Below, piece after piece: positions 40,031 to 55,745 of a stretch of 64,000 nt of DNA. The translations under genes were made by a program, and so were the position numbers. Source of the DNA: Anolis carolinensis (Eukaryota); assembly GCF_035594765.1 (NCBI RefSeq), contig NC_085843.1, positions 210,963,971 to 211,027,970 on the forward strand, given 5' to 3'. Every line of letters starts with the position of its first letter. Within the stretch, counting starts at the first letter, position 1. The notes beneath the pieces were generated by a model. It was not told where the DNA came from. It did no database searches and was given only the letters and a program-made list of their open reading frames with translations.

Positions 40031-40352
40031 CAGTAGAGTCTCACTTATCCAAGCTAAACGGGCCGGCAGAAGCTTGGATAAGCGAATATCTTGTATAATA
40101 AGAAGGGATTAAGGAAAAGCCTATTAAACACCAAATTAGGTTATGATTTTACAAATTAAGCACCAAAACATCATGTTTTACAACAAATTTGACAGAAAAA
40201 GCAGTTCAATATGCAATAATGTTATGTTGTAATTACTGTATTTATGAATTTAGCATCAAAATATCACAATATATTGAAAACATTGACTACAAAATGGCTT
40301 GGATAATCCAGAAACTTGGATACGCGAGGCTTAGGTAAGTGAGACTCTACTA
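40031..40352 (+). mobile_element. MITE family A variant
   Basis: TIRs, TA flanks. Confidence 0.8.
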
Positions 40353-40874
40353 TACATACATAGGGTCAACCACAAACTGGAAAAGATTGCTTTGAGGGCA
40401 ATGAAATACAATGTTTAAATGTTTCTATGAGAAAAAATAATGCTATTCTTAACAGTCTTTACTCTGGAAATCATTTTAAATCTTGGGTTTGGCTTGGTTT
40501 TAATGATGTCATAACATGGACAATAACATGCCCAATCATAATTTGTGTAAAATTAGTTATATTTTCTCAAATGTGATGCCTTGTAGACAATAATATAACT
40601 TATCAGCAATTCTTCACATTTTGTACTTAATGAACGTAATATTTACTCTGAGGTAAAATGAAGGAGTTAAAAATACAGTGATTTTGGGAGTTTTCTGTTT
40701 AGTGGGGCGGGGGGGGGGAGGGCTTTGCAGTAAAAACTTCCATCTCAAAATGTGTACAATATTGTTCTCATCTCTTATATTTTGTATTATTTGCAATGAA
40801 AACTGACTCTTAGGGTAAGCAGATTGACAAACCACAAAAATATTAAGATAGTCAAAAGAATGAAAACACTCTTA

Positions 40875-40973
<99 letters not shown>

Positions 40974-42242
40974 TTAAGGCAAATATTAATGTAACACAAT
41001 ATACTAATATACAATTATTTATTAAGCACATCTTGTACTTAGTGATGTAAACTAGATTTAGAAAGCAATCAAAATTTAGAAGAATGAATTGGAAAAACCA
41101 TCTCTTGAGAATTCCTTGCCTAAGAAAACCCAACAAAGATTTCATGGGGTTACAATAAGTCAACAGGTAACTTGGCGGCACATATACACACATTAGAAAG
41201 AAATTCAGATGCTCCAAGTATTTTAAAGGGGCTTATAACATATTGTATCCAAGAAATTTACCTTTGGAAAACATATTCAAAGTAGCACAAACTCATTAAG
41301 GAGAGAAAGAAAAAATTTTGAAGCCCACAAATAGAAGTGACCAATAGTAATAAACAAGGATTCTTACTCCATATTACAGAAGTGACAACCCTAGCTGCAT
41401 ACTGCAAAGGAGGTTGTGCCAACACTAAAACCAATCTCAAACAAAAAATAGTATGTCTATAATTTCTTCCATTTAAAGGGTGCACAAGCACTGAATAACC
41501 AGTGTATTTAATCAAATGTAAATAATCATTCAGAACAAGAATCATACATCTGTGAACCAATCGTCATATATACCCACATTCAAACCCACAAAGCAAAGAA
41601 CAGCAACTTCCAATTCCATGGGGACAGTTATCTCCCCCCCCCCCCCATTTTCCCTTAACTAAGCATGGACAAAAAAAAGAAGGCACACTGATGTGCAAGC
41701 TCCTAACTTCAGCTCCTATCAAAAAGTGGTCCTTTGGCAACATTAGTTGCTAACCTTTTTGTCAAATGTTTTAATGGAATACAGAATAATCAATCAATTT
41801 GTCCAATGCTCTAATTAGTCAAGTAGTATTACTAGTACTATTATGCAATTACTAACAGTTACAACTGGCTTCCCCTCCAACCCCATCTCCATCACAACAA
41901 CCTCTCATCCCTATATTAAAGATACATAAACTGCAATGTATTTCTAAACAAGGTAACTTTTAAGCACATTATACTATAAATTAACATTACAGTTCTCTTA
42001 CTGTCATACTGATGCACAAATTTGTGTCACACAGTAATCAGAAAAAGTAAAATCCAGATACTTTAGGCATATTAAGGGGGGGGGGGGAGGACTACTTGCT
42101 AATTCTCAGGCTTTTAGTTTATACATCCAGCAGATACAGGAACAGCATCAAACCTCAAGTGGATAGTGACTTAACAAAACGGTATTGCAAAAATTACCTT
42201 TAATATGTACATGAATCACAATAATTATCTATTGTGATTATC

Positions 42243-42810
42243 AGGACCTGCCTATCTCCATGATCGCCTCCTCTCCTATGAACCAACGCGAACCCTAAGA
42301 TCATCCGGGGAGGCGCTCCTCTCGCTCCCACCTTTGTTTCAAATGCGGCTGGTGGGGACGAGGGAGAGAGCCTTCTCGGCAGTGGCCCCCCGGCTCTGGA
42401 ACTCTCTCCCCAAGGAGATCAAGTTAGCTCCTTCCCTGCCCATTTTCCGCCGGGAATTGAAAACATGGTTGTTCCAGAGCGCATTTGAATGAATAGGCCC
42501 AATAGAGCTGTCATCAGAATACTTCTTTATGTTTTAAAAGCGTATGACACTTTATCACTGTTACTCATTTCCACGATACAGCACTTTATGAAACCTGTCC
42601 CCGCTGGTTTGCTTTTAATTACTCTGATTTTATCGGATTGGATTTTAATGTATTGTCCATTATTTTATTTTGTGTATTGTTGAAATGTTTTAAGTTTTTG
42701 TCAAATATGTTGTGTCGTTGTTTCAGGCTTGTCCCTGTTGTGAGCCACCCCGAGTCCCTTCGGGGAGATGGGGCAGGATATAGAAATAAAGTTTATTTAT
42801 TATTACTATT
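42243..42810 (+). mobile_element. 5'-truncated L2 LINE of a related subfamily
   Basis: Similar to 22055-22300 and to the 3' end; AATAAAGTTTATT tail. Confidence 0.85.
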
Positions 42811-45800
42811 AAAAGAGGCAAAATCAGCATTAAACACATTATTCAGACCTACAGTATTTTTAAGATTAAGAGCTTGTCTACATTAAGTAGAACAGCAATA
42901 TTTAACACACAGCAACTTCTGGCGAGTCCTGCTGGCTTTTTTTGGTTTAATCCATTGCTGCCCATTTTTAGCGAAGTCAGGGAATACTCTGGAGTTTGCC
43001 AGAAAATCCTGAGTATCCTAGGCACTCTGGACTTAATTGGCTGTCCAAAGTGCACACCAGCGCCATCATCCTTTTCGTGCATTCATCAGCACATGGAAAG
43101 GGGATGGATCATGCCCATGCTGATGCTGTTCCTAGCCAGACATGGAGCACTGCCTAACAAAAGGAGAGAACAGAGCAGATGCTCTTCCAGGCCACCTAGA
43201 CAGCAACTCTGGATTCACCACATACTGAATTCAGGGCAAATTTCCAATTTTCCAGGGCTAAACTGCATGGTGTATATGAGCTGTAAGTATTACTGCTGTA
43301 ACATACAGCTCAAAATCCTATTCTGCCATTCAGCTATAAGGTGAACAGGTTCAGAACTACTACTTCCCATCATTACAACTGTCACCATGGATTCAATGTT
43401 TTGAATGAAGTTGACCACTGAATGCGACTGGCCACATTCCTCTTTTTTTCCTAGCTTCCAAGCCACAACCCTGTTAATTACTTGTGATTGAATGGCACTG
43501 AAAATCCTTGGCCTAATCAGACAAATATTCAGTATAAACGGAAGCCTGTGCATTTTGGCTGTGGTTGCACAAACTCTCAGTGCTCAGGAAATAGGTAGCT
43601 ACATTTGCCACTAGATAATGCTGAAGATCTTCCTACAGTATATCTGACTTGAGATGCACTGTCTACTCTGCATTATACTGGCAAAAGTTAACCTATGTTT
43701 TTTAACCACAGGACAAACTCTTCTGCAAACTGGAATAAAAAGTAATTTTAATACACAAATCTAAAGTGTAGTTCTGTCAGCTTGGCAGGGATGAAATACC
43801 AGGAGAAATACTAATGGGATACTTGGAGAAAGATGAAAGTTATACATTTGAATTAATCAATTAATTGAATTAATTAATATTTGTACATGCATGCAAATAT
43901 ATGAATGCCTTGGAATCAGATGATCTGATTGCCTCATACCACAGCTAAGGCCTTGGGCAAGTTCGACTCCCTCAGCCTTAGAGGAAGACAAAGAAAAACT
44001 CCCTCTCAATCTTGCAAAGAAAACCCTGTGACAGATTCACCTTACGGTCGCCATAAGTCAGAAATGATTTGAAGGTACACAACCACAAACAGAATAATCA
44101 TTAGATGGTCTCCAGAGCTCCTTACCCAACTGTGTTTCACTGGTGAGATACAGAGGGGACTACCAAAGAAATGACCTTTTAGTGGCTATAGAGTCATAAC
44201 CCAAAGCACTCAGCTGGTACCTATTCTAATTTGTTCAGTGCTAGGTAAAGGATATGTTTTCACAAGTCTTGAATTTTTAAACATCTAGTTATTTTTTATT
44301 CATTTTATTATACTAATTATATTGTCTGCTACTTGAATTTTTGAACTTAACTATATTTTTATAACATTACATGTTAATATTATTGCAAGCCATCTAGACA
44401 ACTCTTACTGGCCAGCATAGGAATACTGTAGAAAATGACAAATGACTGCTATTGAAAGAGTATTTATTATAATCTTTGTCATAAAATTGGCAACTAGCCA
44501 GTGCTAAGCAGCTGTCATCCAAGAGCACATTGCATCGCCTTCTCCCAACACCCCCTCCCCCATATCCAACATCTACTTTTCTTGAAACGCTACTTTAGGA
44601 TCCAAGTGCCACAGCTGTTTGCTAAACTTCAATGTCTGTATCATCAACAGGACCAATCGATCTCTAAGACCAGATCACATATGTATGAATACAGCATTCC
44701 AAATGTTTTTTTACAGTATTACCCAGGCAGGTAATATACAGTATAGAGTTCTGCAGTACCAGTAAAGTTTACCTTACACTTCTTTTATGCCACAGAACAG
44801 AAAGACAAGCATGTAATGCTACCATAGCAATAATGTTTGATACGAGTAATTAACTCCCTAACACCTGACAACTGGCTGTAAGCTCTGGTAAATGTCACAG
44901 CAACAAGAAAATGCTGCACTTATTGTGGGAGTGGACTACTGGGCAAGATGGGAAAGGATAAAGAAATAGCAGCACAAAGTTGAGGATGGCAAACAGTAAG
45001 GCTGGAGACACACAGGAATACAGGCAGAAATGAAGCTCTTTGTTGCTAAGCTTTCCCATGTATGAGGATGTTTTTCTCAAACATTCAACGAGACACCATG
45101 GTATGTTGCTGTTTTCTCTATCTCTTCATAATACAATCTTGTCATATTGTATCTTGGAAGTCTAAGCAGTGGCCTTAATATACAGTATTTTCTTCTAGTT
45201 AAAAGGAATCAGCTAATTTATTACACAATTACAAACATTATTACAAAATAGGAACAAGGCAAGAAAGCTACAATGACAATTATTTCTAACTAGTTCACTA
45301 CTTTTTCTGTTGTGTGGAAAAACAAAAATCAAGATTTGCAAAAAATAAAGTTTCCAAATCTGTGTCTCTTTAAGGTTGTATTTTTCATAGCGGACTCTGA
45401 TATTTAGTACATCAGGGATCTATACGTTTTTTAAAAGCCAAATAATACACCATGAAGTCACCAGATACCACCTGGTCTTCAAAACTAAGCAGAGTTACTG
45501 TTGTTGTGTTTTTTGTACCCTGCTTTTATCTCTTGGTCAAAACTCAAAACAGTCCACAACTTTAAAAACAATATGCTTTAAATCTACAAAATATAAATAT
45601 TAAGATCAAATTACGAATACGATTACGAAAACAAATCAGTTAAAGCACCTTAAATAAAAATTAAAACTCTTGGAAGCTATATGAACAGTCTGGCTCATTC
45701 TTGAAAATTTTCTGCTTTAAAAGCTTGTCTGAATAAAAAGGTTTTAGCTTGCCATAGGAAGGACAATAAGGGGGGGGGGGGCATTCTGGCTTCTCTGGGA

Positions 45801-47620
45801 AGGAAGTTCCAGTGCCAATGGGCATCCATGGAGAAGGCCCTTTCTCATGTCGCCATCAACTGTGCTTGCAATGGTGATGGGATTGAAAGAAGGAACATCT
45901 CAAAAATCTGAGTAGATTCACACAGGGAGATACGTTCTATGAAACAGCCAGGACCAGGACCACATAGGTCTTTATAGATCATAACAAGCACTCCGTATTG
46001 TGCTTGGAAACAAACTGGCAGAAGTAGAGTCCCAACAAGCGAGTTGTGCACTTTTTATAGTCACCCTCCCCAAAAGCATGACAAGTATTTCTATTGAGAC
46101 CACCAATGGCATGGGTAGTATTTACATGAAAGACAACAAATGAACATAAGGTGCTTTAAGAGTGTATTTCAGAGGAAGAGGCTGGCAAAATTGTCTCTTG
46201 ATATTCCTTAAGAAATGCCTATGAAATTAGTGGGAGTTACCATAAGTCAACAGGTGACTTCAATGCACACATACATTCATATATTTCACATATGGGAATT
46301 TATGTATCATTTGTGAATAAATGGCTATCAATTTAAAAGGTTCTAATGGAGAAAATAATTCGTTTATTGAACTCCTAGAAAAAATAGATTAATCTGGTGT
46401 CAATGTCTGCATGAAGTATGTCTTTGCATTCTTTCAGGCATGTTCCATCAGCACAACTATGTACTTTAAGAAGTTCAATGCACTCCTCCTCCGCCCCCCA
46501 ACCCTTAATAAGTGACAACAACAATATTTGAAGACTTGCCACTTATTCAAGCCTGGTGATAACTGGCAGCAAGTCTAGTAGTTACTTTATACCATTACCC
46601 GCAGGTTGGAAAGAAGCAATGCCATAGAATAACAATGGACAGGTCGGGATAACACAACATCAGAAAACAAACATACTTCTTTCAGAAATTAAAGCTTAGC
46701 TCAAAAAGAACTGATCTCCAGGAAAATATGGTGTACAGAAAGTTTAAGCATCTGTTTTTTAACTCAATTACTTAACAACTCTGCAATTAACTCTTTGAAA
46801 GTGGCAAGAACCATAGTTTACTTTTGGAGGTAAGTGTACTAGATGTTTCAAAACAGAAAAGTCCCTATCTCAGCCTTTAATAAAAAAAAAAAAACTATGA
46901 TCTAGCTGGGGTTGTTCTAAGAACATCGGCTGCTTTTTCTTATGTTAAAGTTACACAGTACGTACAAGACAGGGCTTGCCAAAAAGTCTGGCATTACAAT
47001 ACTGTGTACACTTTTTTGGATATAGGTAACTTTGAACTTAATGGGACTTTCCTTAAACATGTCACAGGATTTATTCATTAGCAGCATGTGATGAGCCGAT
47101 TTTGAAAAGAAACAGGAGTATTTGTCTGGAAGCAGATCCCTTTCAATATATCTTGTGTCATTTAAAATAAATCAAATAGCTAAAGAAGACATGGCCAAAT
47201 ACATAACTGAAGATTTATCGTTATAAGTGTACAGAACACTTAAGTTACTCATTTACTGCTTCCTCTAGTATAATGTAATGAGCAGTGGAGAAATTTATCT
47301 ACAATTCTGTTTTTGATAGCAATGCTATACACACACACACACACACACACACACGTGTGTGTGTTTGTGTGCATGTGTGTGTGTATATAAGGTTATGCCC
47401 GGGGGAACTAGTATGAATTTAAACAAAAGACATGAATGAAATGTAGTCATTTAATTACTTGCATGTAATTATTGGGGGGGAAAGACTCCACATAACATTT
47501 AACAACAGGCATTAGAACCAAGATGCTAAGGATCAAGAAATCGTAGATATCACAAATGTATCCATGTCAGAAGAGCTTGATGACATTCACCCACACAAGT
47601 TAATTGCTCTCTTAAAACTA

Positions 47621-47942
47621 CAGTAGAGTCTCACTTATCCAACACTCGCTTATCCAACGTTCTGGATTATCCAACGCATTTTTATAGTCAATGTTTTCAA
47701 TACATCGTGATATTTTGGTGCTAAATTCGTAAATACAGTAATTACTACATAGCATTACCATGTATTGAACTACTTTTCTGTCAAATTTGTTGTATAACAT
47801 GATGTTTCGGTGCTTAATTTGTAAAATCATAACCTAATTTGATGTTTAATAGGCTTTCCCTTAATCCCCCCTTATTATTAAACATATTTGCTTATCCAAC
47901 GTTCTGCCGGCCCGTTTATGTTTGATAAGTGAGACTCTACTA
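47621..47942 (-). mobile_element. MITE family A, inverted orientation
   Basis: TIRs, TA flanks; spurious ORF matches 1356..1694 on the opposite strand. Confidence 0.85.
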
Positions 47943-50180
47943 TATTACCAACAGTGTGTGTATGGACTTGTGGAAAACTAGTACTGCCCCAAAAGAAACT
48001 ATGAATAAAAATGTAGTGTGGCTATTTTGGGGGGGAAAGGGAAGAAGGAGGAAGTTACAGTTTGACTTCCCTACTGTGAAAGATGTTTCAGGATAATTGT
48101 CAGAAAATTAACAAAAAACTGCATCAATCCAAACCTATTGGCTTTTTTTTTTTCAGTAATATGACTGATTAGGAGAGTTAACCCACTGAAAAATCTTTAC
48201 CAGATCTACTGACCAATGTCTCCATGACAACCACACAAGAAATGCTCAGAAAGAAAGAACATATTGAAAGAAGAATAAAAAATTAGTTGAAAAGAAACAC
48301 AAAGAATCTGGTAAAATAGATCAATATCAAATTGGGAAGAGGCACCCAGCAGAGCACTGTTGGGTTCCTTTCTATATTTTATCAATGGCTGTGCTGAAAG
48401 GGTTGACAATACATTAATCAAATCATGAGCAATCAAAATCAGTGATGTCGCAAACACATTATAGGAAATAAAATCAAGTATGTTTCGAAGGAGAATTAGT
48501 TATGGAACATTTTAATGAGAAAAAAGAGACAGATGTTGTATCTTTGAAATAAAAAGTCATATAAATAGAGGGCAAAGGAAAGAGAATGCACAAACACACA
48601 ATGCAAGGATGGACTAAAAACAAGATATTGTAAATGGCTAATTTCCTACAATTCCTCAAAAAAATTATAGAATTTCAATAGATAAACGGAGTCTGAGTCA
48701 AATGATGTGGTGGCACAAAAAAAGCCCAATGCTATTACAATTAACCATACCACACTAGTCAGCCTACAATAAAGATCTAATTTGTGTTCAATGCTAGGCA
48801 GCAGAACTCAAGAATTATGAAAGAAGGGATTTGCACCATAGTAAGGTCAATCAAAAGGCCCTTCTAGTTCAATTAGCTGTTCCTAATATTAGACACAAGA
48901 AACTTGTGTGCCCTACTTATTCTAAGAAAATATGTTCCTGTTTTTAATAATTCTCTCATATTAGTATTGGCATTAGTTCTGTTTCACAGTTTTACAGGAG
49001 AGAAAAAGAAAGGTTGACAAATTTATCCTTGATTATTCTTTCTCATACCAACTTAAAGATAGCTAAGATTTAAAAAGAAGAAAACTTTATGAATTCCCTC
49101 AAATCCCTTTTCAATGCTTAAATTTACAGCCCCCATTAGTTCTTGCGTCAGTCTGTTCTACAGCTCAATTATACACTGTGTGAAGTATTATATACTTTCT
49201 TATGTGCTGGCTCTCTTACCATTCTACTTTCATGGATTACACCAGGTTCTACTATTATGAAAAAGAGGGAAAGCTTCCACTTTCTTTCTGCCATACAAAC
49301 AGACCTTTCTTATTATTTTTACACACAAAAGTTAAAATATTTTGTCACAGGAGTGTTGCTTCATGCTTTGATTTTTCTAACTACTCTTCCTCCACTTTAT
49401 AGTGCTCTAATTCTTGTGTAGTTCCAATAACTTCATATACTACAGATGTAAATCCAACCTGGATTTAGAAAACTAAGTTTTATTTTCAATACTTTTTCTA
49501 ACTGTATCAAATATGGAGGTCCCACCCCCCATTTTATGTGCCAATATTTTGATCAAGCTATTGACAACCAGAAACAAAAGCTACAAATGAACATGCAAAA
49601 CTCTTATACCTCCACAAAGAACTGCACAAACACCTCCCCCCCCCAAAAAAAAGAACACTGAAAAAGTCTGACAAATATACTCACACATTCAACAGTGACA
49701 GACAGAAGGGTCAACTTGTTTTTCCTTTCGCTCTTCCCAACTAGCTCTAAATAGCCCTCCACATGTATGGGGCAGTATAAGACTAGTGCTTTGCTTTTTA
49801 TCCAATTTAATTTGGAAGTGATAAGCTGAAATGCACAGACACTGACTCTTTTTCTGATATTAGCAAAAATACTGTAAGAAGTCTTGCATTATGCATAATG
49901 CTGAAGAAAATTAAATCTAAACATTTTGGTCAGAAAAAGCAGTAATTTATGTGACTCTGCCAACTACAAGGCAAGTCATGACAATGTGCAATTTGTGTGA
50001 GAATAAACACCGAACTTATTACTATGCAGAAATATGATAATCTCTACTAAATAATTTGCGTTAAAATTCACCAGTGTTCATTTGTAATAGTTTTGGCCAA
50101 TTTTTATTCAGAATGAAGAATGATCTGCATATAAAAAAATGTGTGAGGAAATCAGACATCACTATAGTTGGCTGCCACTA

Positions 50181-50587
50181 CAGGCAGTCCCCAAATTACA
50201 AACAAGATAGGTTCTGTAGGTTTGTTCTTAAGCTGGGTTTGTTTTTAAGTCAGAACAGATACATTTTTAAATGTAACTCCAGCCTGTGTGTGTGTGTGTG
50301 TGTGTTTTGGATAGCTGTGGTGTTGGGTTTTGCTGTCTGTGCCCCTGTTCAGAGGATTGCACCTCACTTTCTGTCCCTGTGAGAATTGGATTTTGAAAAA
50401 ATGGCTTGTTGTGAAAACAAGGATTAGCAATAAAGCTTCAGGTGAGACACGCTTTGCCTTATGATAACTCTTTCAGATATGCATTTCCCTTCTGAGGGGT
50501 AGATTTCTCTCACTTCCTGTTGTCTCACCCCCGTTCTTAAGTATGAGTTGTTTGCAAGTAGGGTGATTGTAAGTCAAGGACAACCTG
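50181..50587. mobile_element. Tigger-like MITE
   Basis: Imperfect TIR CAGGCAGTCC/CAGGTTGTCC, TA flanks. Confidence 0.6.
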
Positions 50588-52866
50588 TATTCAATTTGAG
50601 TGTGTACATACATATAAGGAAACCAAAGAAAACTACTGCCTAATACTGTCAACTCAATTAAATAAAAACATTAATAACTTAGTTTATTGCAATAGCAATT
50701 ATGAAATATGATATTTTCAAAGTAGTGTAGTAAAGCCACAGAGAGAATGGCTGAACGTTATATCCAAATACTAAAATGACAGAAATGGTTTGGACCTTCC
50801 ACTTTACACAGACCCTACACAAGCTGATTCAGAAGTAAGTCCAGATGAATTCAACAGCCCTTATTTCTAGTTGTGGGTATGGGACTGCAGCCTAAAGTAG
50901 GATTACTTCAAGTTGGTAGATTTACTTCAACTAACAATTACATTGGTACTTATGAAGAACTTCAAATGTATTCAATGAGACATCACAGCCTAATCTGTTA
51001 AGCTGCATTTTAGCTTAGCTCCTTGTAGGACAAAACTCCAGAATATTAGTGCAGGCATATAAGCCTTGCATCTCAAAAGTTAAAATTTAATTAATAAGAC
51101 TCGATATCATTTCAAATTTAATAAATTTACGCTTTTCAAATTTATTAAGTGTTCTACATTGCAAGAAATACAAAGGACCTATCAGTTTCATGATGTTGGG
51201 CAGCATATAAAGGACTTTTAAAATCAGGTTCAAAGCAAGAAGAACAACCCAATTTGGCATTGGCATTTGTCTGAATTTTATACCACCTTCTTAAACCAAA
51301 TATGTCACTAGAACATTTATCAAAGCAGCAATAAATCAACAACTTATTGTTGAGATATTAGTAAAGACACCAGAAATCCTAAGCCAAATCTTACATCTCC
51401 TAAGCCAAATCTGAACTATTTTCATTCATTATTCATTTTGCATAATTTCTTTTCAGAAATTACTGAGAATGCATGGAAAATATCAAGAGAGTTTCTACAT
51501 GAAAAGATGTATTTGGTTATAAACGTTCTTAAGAAATATAACACATGTACATTTTTCTGTTTAAAACATGCAATCTGCTAAAGATACTCAGCTACTTATC
51601 ATGATTTTTATTCAAAGCTCTCCTGACATTAATTTATATGCTAAAACAGCTCACCTTTTCAGTCTCATGAGCCAACTTAAACAACACAAAGATTTCACAG
51701 AATAACTATCATAAATTGCATCTACATAAGGATATATCCCTCCCACCCCAAAGCATGAAAATCATGCATTACTTAAAACTGACTTGCTTGGAATTTCGTT
51801 GCACCCTGAATAAATTTCAGTCAAATGGTACTAAATAGCTGGGGTTTAAACCCATAGCTTTGAATTTTCCTCTAGGAAAACACAACAAAGGGTCGCAAAG
51901 AACATATCCATCATGAACATAACCACAGCATTTTAGCGACACACACTGACATACAGCATTCTTTTACAAGAACCGGCATTCTGTAGTGGCTCCTAGACTG
52001 TGAAATTCATGTCCTCCACTCTGTTGCTCTTCTACTGACAGGTAAACCTTTTTAGTAAAACAGGCATTTGATGATTAATCTTCTTGTGCAGAAGAATCTG
52101 TTATTGGGATGTGTCCACTCCATTTTTATTCTTACAATGTTATTTATAAATAATGTTCTACAGTTTCAAATATTGGTGTCTTTATATTACATATATATTA
52201 TTATATTAATAGTTTTTATTTTTTATTATCAGGTTTTCAGCTGCTCCTGGTTTCCATCTTTTTGTAAACCGCTAAGAGCCCCTTGTCAGAAGAAAAGCAA
52301 GATATGAAGAAATACTGTAAATAAAATTAGTAGAATCCAAACCACTAAGTATCAAAAGAATTGGTCTTGTGTTTTCATTTATCGATATTAGTAAGCAAGA
52401 AGCCTGAAAGAAAGCCATTCACTAACTTTCTGGAAAATTCAGGTAAATATCAGCTTTAGAACAGGATTCTTTCTGATTTCTTTGCAAATGTGATCAGATG
52501 CAAGTAGATGATGTTGCCAAACTTTGACACTGCCAAATGATGTGTTCTTTTTAACTAGAAACTATACAGCCTGGAAACACTGTTACGGTAATGGCTTAAT
52601 TTGTCTACCATGCCTTTGCAATGGTGAGGGTTTTATTATCCACAACTCTCCAATCAAACACAGCTCCATCTACTTTGGAATCACAGAACTAACCCAACCT
52701 GTTAAGAAATCACATTACAAATTCTTTTTTGTGTGTACTGTAATGTGATGAAAACTGGTTCAAGAAAAAAGGCCTACACACATGCATATGCACCAAATAT
52801 GGGACATTACATAACTAAAATGGCATCAACATACTTCTTTTGCAATTATTAGCAGCATGCTAATAA

Positions 52867-53187
52867 AAGTAAAGGTTTCCCTTGACGTTAAGTCCAGTCA
52901 TGTCTGACTCCGGGGGTTGCTGCTCATCTCCATTTCTAAGCCGAAGAGCCGGCGTTGTCCGTAGACACCTCCAAGGTCATGTGACCGGCATGACTGCATG
53001 GAGCGCCGTTACCTTCCCGCTGGAACGGTACCTACTGATCTACTCACATTGGCATGTTTTCGAACTGCTAGGTTGGCAGAAGCTGAAGCAACAGCAGGAG
53101 CTCACTCCGCTCCTGGGATTTGAATCTGGGACCTTTCGGTCTGCAAGTTCAGCAGCTCAGTGCTTTAACACACTTCGCCACCAGGGC
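52867..53187 (-). mobile_element. Sauria SINE, full length
   Basis: tRNA-like head with A box (TGGCGAAGTGTG) and B box (GATTCAAATCC), ACCTTT-type tail; second copy at ~12455-12750 inside the Helitron. Confidence 0.8.
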
Positions 53188-55349
53188 TAATAGAAACTCC
53201 TAAAAAGGGAAAGTCCTATTTGCTACAATTACAAGTGCCTTTTTCTAATGCAGGAGATTACAGTTATTCTGTCTATCAGAAAAGATTACAATCACAAAAG
53301 CCATTATGATGGAGCTAATAGATATAATATGACATTCAGGTGCAAGAATTGGCTTCAAATATTGTTCATGAACTCATTTAATAGCCATGTGCAACTCTTC
53401 TTAGCCATGTCCATACCACAGGGCTGATGAAATCACAAAATACATGCCACCCCAAGACTCTTGAAGGAAGGAACAAAAATGTTTTTGGAGTATCAAGTAG
53501 CAAAATATTATGGAAGATAGACAATCATGCAATAATGACTGAGTACTTGATATAAATTTATTTTAAGACCTATCAGCATAGTTGCAGTTTCTCAAGTCGT
53601 GCCTGACACAAAAAAAGTAGAGTCAAGTATGCTCACATTCTTATTAGCCAATCCAAATGTCAGTTGCTTAAACAGATCCAATGAGGTCCCTTAATACAAG
53701 ACCCCGAAAGAGATTATATCCACATCTACTTTAATATGAAAGAACTACTGACTTTTAAGTGGAATTAGCATAAATGCATAATGCCAGCACTTAGCAGTGT
53801 GATGTGGACTTTAATAAGTGTAACTCAAATCGTTGTAGAAATATTTTATGAACTTCTCAAAGCAACAATGATCCTTGTATTTTAAAACTGTGTAACATTA
53901 AAAACAATGTACTTTTCTGGGTGAAATCAGATTATTACTGAAAGCTTTCTTCATGTTTATGCTATAAAATACAGACAATGAGAGACTGCGTCCTATATAG
54001 CCCAAGTGGACTTTCACTGCCGTATACATCAATCAACTCTCCTGACTGTTCATAATAATGTTAAGGGTCCACAAGGGGCTGAAGAGCAAAAGGAAAAACT
54101 ATTTTAGCAGGGATGTCCTTCCATTTCCAGATGGCCATCATTGAATGCAATGCAATGCAATGTAAATCTTACTACAAGCTACATCTAACAAATGGACAGC
54201 CTCCTTTCATTAGCAGAATGAAACAAGATCCAGAAAGTTGCCAGTGCAGGGAGGGAATCAAACAATTATCTGATTCTTCCTTCCTTGATTCCTTTTTCCA
54301 AAGTCAGCTCCCACACTGTTATAGGGAATCCACCCACCCACTAGAAATAGCATTTGGTAACATCAGGAATTTAAATTGCCATCAGAATATGATTATTATA
54401 CTTTTTCTCCTACACAAGTAGCGTGCCCTAAAGCTTTCAATTTCATTAATTTAATATCCTCTTTCTCCCAATATGGGACACATGTTGGCTTTTTGTTGTC
54501 ATGTGCTTTTGTTGACTCTGACTTATGGTGATCCTACCATATGATTTTCTTAACAAGATTTATTCAGAAGAGATTTGCCATTGCATTCTTCTAAGTCTGA
54601 GAGTGTAGCCTCATGCCTGATCTGAGTGTTTGAACTCTGGTCTTAGGGAGACAAATCCAATATCCAAGCCATAACACTACATTGCTTCTGCAAGGCAGCT
54701 CCGAAGAATGCTAAATCAATACTTAATTGTGTAGTGGGATTACTGACATAGTGCATGCTTATGCTTTCTTCATGCCACCATTTATATTTTTGAAATCTTA
54801 CTCATTTTCATTTCTCAATTCTTAGGAATTGTGTGAGGAATTCTATCTTAACGTGTACATTATCTTTCCTAAACTATTTGCAGTTATCCGAAAACCAGTT
54901 AATTTATTCACATGGTTTAGTATTAGTAATGATTTCTATTGTCCTGCTTTATGTAAAAAAATGACATAAACTATGGATCTCAAAAATGTACTTAAACAAT
55001 AGCTGCATTTCCTCTTCACAATGAGAGTAAGAAATAAGTTTTGTCAAACAGTTCCTGTAAGATGAAAGCAGCTGATATATGAACTGTATATAATAATTTA
55101 TTAATATCAAGGTATTAGCCTCTCTCTATCTCCAGAAATTCCCATTCTACAACTACTTCTGTTTCGCAATCATCAGGCATAATGGGGCTTAAGAGTTCAA
55201 CAGCTGTCCCCCTAGGTTAGAAAGGGCATTTAGATAACAGTAGTTTCTAAATGAAATGAAGCACAGAATTAAGAAATATTTAAAATTGTGGCATTTTGAA
55301 CTAAATATCTTGCATGTAAAATTAATGGAATAGCACTTGCTCCATTTTG

Positions 55350-55745
55350 GGCTACCAAAATGATCAAAGGGTTGGAAGCCAAGCCCTATAAGGAGTAGCT
55401 TAGGGATCTGGATATGTTTAGGCTGTGAGCGGACACGACAGACATTATTTCAAACAATATCACATCAAGTAGTCAGGCTTGTCTTATGCTGCTTTAGAGA
55501 CTAGGTCACAAAGCAATGGATTCAAATTGCAAGAAAAGAAATTCCAACTAAAAATTAGGAGAAACTTTCTTATGGCAAGAGGAGTGGAATATGCTCCCTC
55601 TGAGTGTTGTGGAGGCTCCTTCTCTGGAGATATTTCAAACAGAATCTACATAAGCATCTGTAAGTAAGCAGTGCTTTGATTATGTGTTCCTGCATGACAG
55701 AATGGGATTAGACTGGATGGTCCTCATAGTATTTTCTAACATTAT
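55350..55745 (+). mobile_element. Degenerate CR1 LINE 3' fragment
   Basis: TRSQSNGFKLQEKKFQLKIRRNFL remnant and CR1-like 3' UTR. Confidence 0.65.

Noticed and set aside
53090-53187. tRNA gene
   Set aside because: A/B boxes belong to the Sauria SINE head; no cloverleaf
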